Shown piece after piece: positions 25,593 to 37,300 of a stretch of 64,000 nt of DNA. The position numbers were made by a program, and so were the translations under genes. The notes below the pieces were generated by a model that searched no databases, was not told the origin of the DNA, and saw nothing but the letters and a program-made list of their open reading frames with translations. This DNA is from Tubiluchus corallicola (taxonomy: Eukaryota > Animalia > Priapulida), in assembly GCA_030141605.1 (NCBI GenBank), contig JAQGDQ010000215.1, forward strand, positions 186,001 through 250,000, read 5' to 3'. The first letter of the stretch is position 1, and every line of letters begins with the position of its first letter.

Positions 25593-26978
25593 TTTTTAAC
25601 CAACTATTTTGTTTTTCGCTGTTAAAAAAGCATGGCGATTTTTACTGAAATTGTAATTTTACAGTTTCAACAAGAGAAATTTTATTCTAGTTCAGCTCAC
25701 ACGATATTTTACGTGGAAATGTCGTTTTTAAAGCCAGTGTGTATTATTTTCAAATTTGGATATTCCAAGATTTAGTAATACTTATACAGTGTCAATCACA
25801 AGTTTGCAATTGGCAGTTTTGTGGAGTTGCCAACAGATGGAGCAGAATTACACTGACAAGACAAAAGTTGTACCTAACACTATCGGTATGTTTCTACGCT
25901 ACAGATGGACTTCTCCAGCGAAAGACTTATATTCAGTAGACAAAAACTAAACAAAAAAGCTGGTTTCACAATACCGTTTAATTTTTATCTTTTACAAAAT
26001 TAATGCCATTTACAAAAAAAGTGGAGAAAATTGTGAGAAACTGGTACTAACTAGTAAATTCATTATTTTTTCCAACATTGAGTGTAAAGTTTCAGTACCT
26101 CCACACACACGAGATGATCATTAACTAACATTTAGGTAACAAAAGTTAATATAACTAATAAATATATTGTGTAGTACTTCGTTTTGAGTGGTAAACAGTA
26201 AACACACAGAATTTCATAATGCTTGCAGAACCGTATTGGTCTAGCAGAGGCAGGTTTAATTGCTTCATACTTAAACTTTACAACTACAGCTAGAGCATTG
26301 TGATAGTAATGAAATCTTCCTCTTATTAAGACTACAATTTATGTACAAGAATGTGAAATGAAAACAATAAACACTTACAATCTTAGATTACGTATATGTC
26401 AACAACAACAAGAACAACGTTACAGATGCCACTCACCTTTCATTCACTTCACAGTGGAGAACAATATTTAAAGAACGAAAAATAGATTTATAGCAATAAA
26501 AATTAAATTTAGATTAATCAAATCCACAACCCTACAATGAGTAGAATGGATAAACAAAAAACTTTCGTGTGCATGGTGTACAAATAGTTTAATCCAATCA
26601 CAACAAATTCCATAAACAACTTATCAATACTGAATTTTCAGCCCACGACAAGACTGTACCTAATACTTACCTACACTGCATATATTACATTATAATTACC
26701 TATAATAAATAAAGCATACAATGCAGATGCTTGATTAAATCCTATAGACAATAACTATACCTCACAAACATTGTGAGGACAGGTCTATACGATTTCAATC
26801 GTTTAAGGGCTTTCACTATGCCAGACGTTTGCAGTCAGCAACTACACATAACACATTACGTACAGTATACATCTTTTTGATTAAACGCGCGTGTCATCGT
26901 ACTAAGCTAAATTAATTAGCACAGTACTGTTCACATGTTTTGAAAAGTAATACTGCTAACCTAGCAACATTTATTATT

Positions 26979-27124
26979 AGTATGGAAAATGTACTGACTT
27001 AAATCTGGCCTCAAGAGGCCATCACTACAGCATGGAAAATGTACTGGCTTAAATCTGACATCAAGGGGGCATCACTACAGTATGGAAAATGTACTGGCTT
27101 GACCTCAAGGGGGCATCACTACAG
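26979..27124. repeat. 50-bp tandem repeat, 3 copies
   Basis: atggaaaatgtactg at 26982, 27032 and 27082. Confidence 0.9.
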
Positions 27125-28711
27125 CAATTTCAGTGCCAGAAACACGTGAATAAAAGACAAGCAAAAAATTTTTTGTTAGCAGAAGTTTGTACACAAGTAT
27201 CACATGATAATCTGTGGTGGAATGTACATGCTTGTGTCTGGATGCTAACAGCTTTACAACATTACCATGTAACAACAGCTTTATATTACAACATGTTCAC
27301 ACGGTGAAAATACCTTTACAAAACGCTTTACACAATTTACAGGTGTTACAACAAGATTACATTATTTACACTTAAACGTGCTGATCATTACTCAGCAGAC
27401 CTATCTACATGTAAATTTCTACTCCACTATAAAGTACTAATATGAGTAACACAACCTTTTTTACTTGATAAACAACTTTATGCATTTTAGAACTGCATAA
27501 ATCATATATGTTATGTAAAGCACAGTTTAGACGACAGCCTGATCCATGCTCATGGATAGAAAAAAATACAAAATGATAAACGAAAGTAGAAAAAGAAATA
27601 CTTCCATAATAAAAGCGCATAAAATTTTACACAAACCTAGCAAGCTATTAAAACACTAAATTTTTAAACACTTGACACAACTGCTTAATGATTGTGTAGC
27701 AATTCATGGATATAAAAAACGGTAATGTCACAAGTAACAATAAATCTATGCAAAAGTTAAATTAGTTTTCAATTAATCATACAAGTAAGTGAGAAGGAGA
27801 CAACAAAACAGTGTTATTTTGAGAAATACAATTTACAACACAGCAACATAAGTTAGTGCGAGTAAATGAAAGAAGCAGATGCAAAATTTAGTAAAAGCAT
27901 CGCGGCTAAATCTTTCGGCAGTGAACGCTAAATAAATGAAAAAAATAAATGCACTACCTTTTGAATCACAAATGATTTTTATTCTGAACATCAGATTTTG
28001 TGACCAAAATGCGCGTATGTACAAATAGAGTCATTTTCTTTTTGGGCAGAGAATCGACTGATGTAAGTTTTGAAAAAAAACATTGAAATAGTCAGCACTA
28101 TTTGCAAACTGTCATGAGAGTAGTAGTGAATATTTTTTTAGAATATTTATTTATTAGTAAAGGAGACTAAAAAATATTCACTACTCTGACGACAGTTTAC
28201 AATTTTTTACTATGAATTGCAGACAGAAATGTGAGCAAATAAGCAAAATACGTATGACCTTGTACTTGCTCTTTTGTTGTACAAAACACAGATTTAGATG
28301 GTGCGCCATCAGAGAGAGATTGCGAGGCTCGTGCAAAAAGTAACTCAACCACGGGCCACCATGCTGTTGGGGAAGCTGCTGCTTTCTGCTACTTCGTTAT
28401 TATGCGTTTGTGTGAAGTTTTTGCTATAATTTTCGTTACGTATACTCCGTGTAGCGAATTTACTCGCATATAGCAAAATAGTTAAAAGTTGCAACCTACT
28501 AAGTTACCTGTAAATGTTCAAATCGGACAAAAAAGCATCAACAAGATCTTTTTACACGTAACAGCATCCTACACTTTCATTTAAATGAAAAACTATTACA
28601 TTATTCTTATCGATGGTCTTTCATTTGTAAAATGCTTTCAAAATGTTCAAAAAACTGCTAAACTATCATCACTAATTGTTATTATATTAAAGTAATTGGT
28701 CATGTATAAGC

Positions 28712-28964
28712 TACACTTGTAACTGTAGGCCTAATTGTGTGAATTACAGTAGCACTAACTTCAGGAAAACTGTAAGGGTACACTTGTAACTGTAATTGTG
28801 TGAATTACAGTAGTACTAACTTCAGGAAAACTGTAAGGGTACACTTGTAACTGTAATTGTGTGAATTACAGTAGTACTAACTTCAGAAAAACTGTAAGGG
28901 TACACTTGTAACTGTAATTGTGTGAATTAGAGTAGCACTAACTTCAAGAAAACTGTAAGGGTAC
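28712..28964. repeat. 61-bp tandem repeat, 4 copies
   Basis: tacacttgtaactgtaattgtgtgaattacagtagtactaacttcaggaaaactgtaaggg. Confidence 0.92.
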
Positions 28965-31297
28965 ATAGCCACCACGTCCGCGCCAGTTTTTTTCATCTAA
29001 ATTTCAATTTGTGTTAAACATGCACAGTATATAATCTCTTCATTTACCTCACCCACTTATTTTTTGAAATTTAATAAAGTTCGTTATCATTATGGTTAAT
29101 GATCACAGCACAATGACCAGACCTTAATCTTAATCATTTATAATATTTCCATATTGTAGACTATCTATTATCAGACTGTTGTTTTTATGCAGCTGGCCTC
29201 AATTAGGAGTTACCGCTGCATTTTTAATGTAGTTTCATGCGCTAATCCTGTCAGAAGTTAGACCATAACATTTAAATAAATTTATAGATATTTATTGATA
29301 CGTTTATTGTGTATATTCATCAGTTAAATGCAAATAATTATTATGGTTTTACTTATTACTTATTGTAGGGCTTAATAACAAATCAAAAGTTCCAATAAAT
29401 GCGGTTTTTCTGACAATGGTATTCTGATGTTCCTTTAATACAGGGTTGTATTGGTGGATTGTACATTACTCGGCTTACGTGAGCGGATAGTGAGGAAGTT
29501 ATAACAACGATGACATGATCAGCTGACTTAAATCTTATCAGTGAAGTTTGAACAGAAGAAGCAACGTTATAAGCACAAAAAGAACTGTATCTATTCCCCG
29601 AGATTGTAATGGACGAAAACGTTCAGAAACAACAGACTTCATCTTCATCTCTGTGTGATGAACTGAGGACTGATGTTAAGTAAATGAAATGTCGAACAAA
29701 CTATCAGCTAGACTGAACTTCAATGCTAGTACTAGTATAAAACTAGTCTAATACGGGAGCGAAATAACAATTTGATTAAAGTGTAAAAAAATTTCACCAG
29801 AAATGGCTGCAATTATATTATTAAATGCAGACCTAAACTTGTATAGATTAAGTTACATTTTTGATGGCTAATGGAAGGTCTCTATTACTGCAATCAGAAA
29901 AAACAAAAAGGCTATTTTAAATTTCTTTTAGCGGCCAAAATATAGATATAAATATACGCTAAACGCTATTAAAAATACAACATGTGGCGCTCTTGAGTGT
30001 CGTTCGAAGTATTGTTCCATACGTAAGCTAGCAATCTCTCTATATGCAAGCTCTTCATCTGAATCTGTGTGCTCAAAGCAATTTACAAATGCAAATGGAC
30101 CCAGCAGTTATTTCAGTAGATGCATCTCCTGTTCAAGTCAATAAACACAAGTATTTGAAGAACAAATTTTCCAAGTTTTCATTTCCTACTTACTTCCTGG
30201 TAGATTTACGATGTAACTGCAGTAAAAAAAGGTGCCGAAATGTTGCGCATAATTCGAGTACAAACAGCTGCAAAACATAAACCCAAATATACTGCATGCA
30301 GCTGATTTTAATAACAGGAAGAAACTTTCTGAAAAGTGGAACCGTCACGCTGAAATACTTGGAAGGAGTTACAGAGGTTAAAACACTTTCCGAGTGATTA
30401 AAGGAAAGAGCATACAGATTATTTACTGTTTGTTGGTAGCTTCTTGTTTATGCTGCACATTAATGGTGGACTAGCCAATAGCTAACAGGAAAAAACACAG
30501 TTTTCAAAATGCTTGTTAAAAACAAAAATTAAAAACCAAATTCACTGAATCAAATTAACTGGATTTTCTCTTAGATAAAAATCCAAAATCCACTTGTACA
30601 TGAATTTCTTTTCTACTTTCACCTTTATGGAGATTTCAGTGCAATAAAAGTACGAAAATTAAAAATCAGACTTAAAAAACGTAAATTAGTGACTTTAAGA
30701 GTGATAGAATAATGTTAACTTACTTGAATGCACTGACCTGTGAATTAGTTTAATTTGAGTGAACATAAAACAACCAATATCGTCCAATAAAAGCTGCTTA
30801 AAAAGAAAATGGCCGCTACACAAACAGAATTTAAATGTCAGACGAAGCATAAAACAAAATGTGAGCGCTCTCTCTGCGATACTAAACGTCAACCACGGCT
30901 AATTTGGCAAAAACCAATTAATTCGTTATAAATATTTAATCGAGCAATAAAGCTAGCGCTCCTGCTGCTGTTGCATTTAATTAAAACACAAATAAACTAA
31001 AATACAGCAGAAAAGCGACCAAATATGGGCAATAAAATTCAGCTAACATTAAAAAGAATACAGTGCACCATGAGTTACACAAGCTACATATGTGAAAAAA
31101 TAAGGAACTTGGAATATGTACAAAATGGATGAGAGAGAAAAACTTCAGAAATGGTCGCAAGACGTCTTAACAAATAGGTAAAGCACGTACAATGAAACAA
31201 TTTACAATATACTTAAAATTTACTACTAAGTGATAAGCTAAGTATCACCATAACTGGATGTCTAACAGTATCTACACAGTGTACACGATTCTTTACA

Positions 31298-31311
31298 GTT
31301 GCTATGGTAAC
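31298..31311. promoter_or_regulatory. Consensus RFX X-box GTTGCTATGGTAAC
   Basis: Matches GTYNCYATRGNAAC; function unproven. Confidence 0.4.
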
Positions 31312-31312
31312 G

Positions 31313-31375
31313 CTAAACATTTGCAGCTCCATAGGAATTTTGATTATACACGTTGTTGCGTAAACTGTCATTATA
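31313..31375 (-). CDS. tty: tweety terminal coding exon: YNDSLRNNVYNQNSYGAANV*
   Basis: Strong acceptor tgtttgtttttttcag|TAT; completes the PPxY motif; TAG at 31313-31315. Confidence 0.75.
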   Translation of the reverse strand, partial: YNDSLRNNVYNQNSYGAANV

Positions 31376-34300
31376 CTGAAAAAACAAACAACTATTATAT
31401 AAACATTGCATGATTTATTATATTATACTGTTTTATATAGTTTGGCATCCACAGGCTATACTGCACTCAGTGGCAGCGCTTATAGGATGTTGGTGGCACG
31501 ACTGGAACGTAGTTCACAATTAAACCAATCCCCTATGATGAGACGAAGGACTTGCAGCTTTGTCTTAGCCACATTTCACAACATTTTCCTCAACGAGGTA
31601 AATAAGTAAAGGCAGCATGATAGACAAAACTGCACTGTAATAGCTTCCCTGGCGAGCACTCATCCATTTGCTACCTAGTCACAGCATTGCTAACTTCAGC
31701 GATCATAATCAGATCATGAAGCTATTTTGCTTGACAATAATTCATGTAGATTAATGTACATGAACGAACAAAAAAAAATGCAATTAAGTTAAAAGAGAAA
31801 GCAAGGACACATTCAAGAAACACAAAATAGGAACCACATTTGTAAATTGCTGTATTTACACACACAAGTTTTTGCTGGGTAATCTTACCCTAGTTAAAAG
31901 TAAAGCAAAGCCAAAACATTGATGAAAATGCACAAAGTACAGAAGGCATCTTATTTTTTATCGCTTTTCTCTTCCTTCTTCCTGGTTTTACATTCTTTAC
32001 CTCCCAGAATTTTTTGAAAATTCAACATCATTCATACGTTTCTGATGAATGCATAAGTCTAGCTGAATCACAATTGTTGTTTTTGTTGTTTTAAAGCTGC
32101 ACTCAAATTTACATAATGTACACATTGTAGTTAAACTAAACACGTGGTACCACGAAGACTCATAACTGTAGTAATGAAAACATATAAGTACGTACCGCTG
32201 GTGGTGGTGAATTATCTTCTGGTACTGTTGAAGCAAGGCTGTGACGATTCGGTGCAGACGGCTCTTCACTCCTGTTGCCTAGGCTACAAAAAACAACGAC
32301 ATGGAGTCATTTACACACTGCCTAAAACTCATGCGATCAAGATCCCAGCAGATAAATTTTTAATCAACTTTCTTATGCCTATATTTGAATTTAAAAAGTG
32401 CTAAATACATTTAAATAGATATAAAGTGCTATGTACATTTAAAATGTCAATAACAGTTGTCAAAATTATTGCAATCACTTCTAGAACTACTCTAGTTTTC
32501 AAATATACCGCTTCAAACAGTTTTCCCTCAGAAAACACAATTAATGTAAGAAGTACTAAAACCATTTTATTTTTCAAAATCAATGCAAACATCAAACAGC
32601 TTTCACTTTGTAAAAATGAGAGTGCCCGATCAGGAAGTTTGCAGTCCAAATTAGTGTAATATCTCAAACACAAAACATTAAAGTAAAACTGTAAAAAATA
32701 ATGCACTTACAACACTGGCTGTGGATTAGAGCCACCCACCAAACTACCGTATCTCTCTGCTGGATTCGGAGGTGGGCGAGACGGCAGAAACGGATCTTCT
32801 TCATCAACCATATAGTATCCACGTCTACAAACATGAGACATTAACATTGAGTAGGTGGTTGAAATGGTACATATTAAAAGGCACAGCCTCTATACCACAT
32901 CAATACTGTACACTCAAGGTCTATAATTACAAGTTTATGATTTCATGACAACCCTGAAAACCTAGACTGAGCATTGAACATTTGTACAAACAATGACATT
33001 GGCAATAGAATGAAAACAAGACAAACAAAGGACTAGAAAATTTACAGTAATTACAATGCGATGAAAATGACTTGCCCTAATGTTAGTCAAGCTGCTAGAT
33101 GTGTAAATAGGGTTCGTTTTTAGATGTGTGTGTGTGTGTTTGTGTGTGCGTGTGTGTGTGTTTGTGCGTGCGAGTGTGTGTGTGCGTGTGTGTCACGCTG
33201 CTAGATGTGTAAATAGGGTTCGTTTTTAGATGTGTGTGCGTGTGTGTGTGTTTGTGTGTGCGTGCGTGCGTGCGTGTCAAGCTGCTAGATGTGTAAATAG
33301 GGTTCGTTTTTAGATGTGTGTGTGTTTGTGTGTGCGTGCGTGTGTGTGTCAAGCTGCTAGATGTGTAAATAGGGTTCGTTTTTAGATGTATGTGTCCGTG
33401 TTTGTGTGTGCGTGCGTGCGTGTCAAGCCGCTAGATGTGTAAATAGGTTTCGTTTTTAGATGTGTGTGTGTGTGTGCGTGTGTGCGTGGGTGTGCGTGTG
33501 TGTGTGCATGTAAACACATGTGCAGTGCATGCTAAAATTAGATAAACCGCTTCATGGGTTACTACCACAAAAAAACAAATACAGATAAACAGACAGACAG
33601 GCAAACAAACAAGGGCACATTTTCAAAAATGAATTTTTTCAGTTATGATAACAGCCCTTCTTTCAAACATGTTTTTTGACAACATACTAATACCAGCTTG
33701 GTAATTTTGGCAGTGCTTAAATTGCCAAATTCGTAAGTTTTGGCAAAAAAATGAACGTTAGTTAGGCAACACAAGAGACTGCAGTAAAACACAAGTCCGT
33801 CACTGACATGGACTTGATAAGATTTCATCAAATGCGCAGGCATAATCGATTTGCTCTCAATGAAATTTTTGTTTCAACATTTTCTTGCTTGTGCAAAGAT
33901 CGCAAACACTTAATTGGTCTGGAAATTGCCTGGCACATGTTATTGAACATGCAGCCATATTTATGTAGCAAAAACCTGCATCAATGAATAATATGATTCA
34001 AGAAATATTTGAACAATGCGTCAATGACTTTTCTCTCTGCAGCATTCTGCTCTCAAGCAAATATTAACTGATCTATGCTGTTCTCGCTTAATCAGTATTT
34101 ATGAACAACACAATATTAACAAATTTTCCACAATAAACATTCAAAATAAACATTCAGAAATTCTCACGATGCCACAAACCTTTGCTTTTCCTCTGTGGAA
34201 CGTCTGCTTGCGGATCTACAAGGCCAAAAATAAACACAAAGCACATAAATAGCCAAAGAGCGACACCAGACTGATTTAGTTACATAAACATTAACTTAAC

Positions 34301-37300
34301 AGCGAACGTTTTTGCCTTTTTATCACAGGGAAAGTTATTAGTGAGAATGCTAGTTTAATGTGTGCAGATTAGACATCTATTGACTTAACAGATACACTAC
34401 CCGTCACCGTGCTTAGCTGATGGCAACTCCAAGATATTACTTAGCAAAAACCATGTCAGTTGCTCAGTGCCCTAGTGTGGACATGTACGTTAAACAGAAT
34501 TAATTAAACGAGGCATACATACTTGCGGTGAATGTGTATCCATGTCCGAGACGTTACACATATCATCAGAGTCAAAATCAAGCCAGCAGCGACGGCAGCT
34601 ACCAACATGAATGCACTACCAACTCTATAAAACAAAAAAATATTCTTAAAACTATAAAGTGAAATTAGAAGAAAATTCCAGAAATAAACAAATTAGAATA
34701 ATGTATCAGAGTTTGAATTAAAATAAGATGAACACAGTATTAAAGGAAAACCGGATGATTGGGTAAACATTGGTTCAGAATAAAGATAACTCTAAAATAG
34801 TGAAAACTACAATAGCTTTTTTTAAATCAAAGCTTAGTTTAAATAATATTTACCTCAGAAACTCAAATTTCGTTAAACTTTCAAAGCCACGAGCGGTTCA
34901 GCGAATCTACTAAGATTGGCAGCGGCGCCTTTTTGTCACATGGCCAACAAATAGAAGGCGGTACCGTGATAACCATGATCATGAACTGCAGTGTTAGTTC
35001 CTTACATCATATGTAAAGCCCATTTTTCGTGACATTGTGCATTTAAACAGTACTGTAACACTTATGCAAATGTGTTTGACGAGCAAGGGAAGATGCCTAC
35101 CATTGCACAAACTGTGGTTAGTTTCTGACGTAAGCAATAGCTGTGTTCGGTTGCCGTTAATTAACTTTCTAAGCTAATTATTCAAATATAAGGAACAATT
35201 GTTAACTTTTATAGGCAAGAAAATGTATATTTTGGACAGTAAATTAAAATGGATGAGTGTAACAATCATCCGGTTTTCCTTTAAGAGCTACAGTTACAAA
35301 AACTAAAATATACTAAACAAAATATGGCATAATAATTATGAAAATAATAAAATGGATCACCAATCCAGTTGACAAAAAATTAGAATGAGCAAAGCGAATT
35401 TTCATGTTATTGCACTTACTTCTATGAAACAAAATAAAAAAATTGGCCCCAAAACATAGAAAACTATCTGTCAGCCTAAAAATATCAATTTTAATAGTTT
35501 TTTAAACACAAAGAAGTTCTTGCCCAGAAATACACACACAGCAGCATATAAAAGTAAATACATTACATTGTAGATGTGCAGATGCTTGTCAGTGCTTTGA
35601 TGATGTGCTCGTGTACGATGCTGCAGTCTAGCAGGACATCTAGATGTTCCAAACTAATCAAAGCACCATTCAAATCGTAAGACAACGAATTGACCAATGG
35701 ATCCAACTAAACAAAAATAATGCATTCGGTTTATTTGACTTAATTCAGAAGAATGCAAATTGAATTACTGTTTAAGAGAAATGCTGAAATTCAAGCTGCA
35801 AAGCAATAATAAATTGTTGGGAAAATGTTTGAAATTTATGATGTGGATTATTTGTAAAGAGAATTATGTTGACTCCACAGCAGACTTGTCGGAAAATGGG
35901 AAACAAGTTTATCGGAACTCTACAGAATTTCCTCCAGCAAAAAAATGAGAAGATTCGTGCAAATATAAAATTTGCAAATTTTTGTAACTATAATTTATAA
36001 GCCTTCATAGTGATATAATACATTTGTGCATAGAAAACACTGTTAGCAACAGATTTGGAAGTGCGTTCAGTGTAAACTTTGCTTGCCAAGTTAAAAGAAG
36101 CCGCAGAAGCAAGTGGTTTAGTGTGAAATGCGGCAATCACTTAACACATGTGCAGGCTGAGAACACTTACTCATTCTGATGAAGCACTTTTTACTCTGAC
36201 CTATTTTACAGTGATTCACGTTTTTTATCAGTGACTAATGCAGTGAGATGCACTGAGCATCCGTTTTCTCCAACTCAGTTGAACGCGACAGTACCAATAC
36301 CTGCTATCGTTAGCAAGCTTTTATAAATAGCCTTAATTAGGGGCGTATTAACCAATAGCCTAACTAGGCTATAGCCTAGGGCCCCATATTTTAGGCGCCA
36401 ATTTTAAAAAACATTCTTATTCTCCTCGGAAAACGTGAATCCGTTAACATTCATGTAAAACAAGCATTTGTACGGCACACCACAAGCAGTTAATAGAATC
36501 TCCAGCTATATAAGTGCCATATAACGAACATATACAAGGTATTACACAACAAACATTTGCCCAGCATGCTTGCATGTAAGAGCAGTTCATATACACGTAA
36601 TGAACAATAACCATGTAGAAATCAGGTTAACAGTATTACTAATACACCACAAGCAATTATTTAATCTGTTCAGTAATATAACTAATCATAAATTCACAAT
36701 ACAGATGGGTGGAACAGATCTATTAGCCTAAGGTGTCGTGAAGTCATGATATGCCCCTGGCCTTAACATCCATTTTTATGTGAACGTGCAAATAATTTGT
36801 GCTGGAATTTATAGTGCGACGTTTTCCTCACAAAATTCACCGACAACTCCAACATGAAAAGTTCAAACGATTCATAACATAGCGGTTTTAACACTACCAA
36901 AACTGCACTAGGTCTAAAAAATTTCAAGGACATTTACTTTCGAAAATTACTAATTAAAATAATTTTGTTTTTTGTGTAATAAATGACAATGGATAAAAGC
37001 AATCCTAGATACATACTTATGAATGACCTGATATGGATAAAAAAGAATAATACTGTATAAAAGCAACTGCTAAAAAATAATGGTATACAATTATATATAT
37101 CAAAAATTGCTGTTTTAATTTAAGCCGGCCAAAATTAATTAATATACACTGGTAATCAATATTAGTTCATTACAGGTACTCATTCTATAGGCATAACGAA
37201 CTTGTGATATACAGTTCACTAACAGTAGCAGTAAATAATACACGTTTTGGATGCTAATCAGCTTCAGTACCCAGCTTATCTATCCTTCATTGTATGAATC

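Noticed and set aside
25739-25950. Short ORFs and an exon-like AG...GT segment after the satellite
   Set aside because: No partner exons and no convincing family motif; a faint cullin-like LQLAVL resemblance is probably chance.
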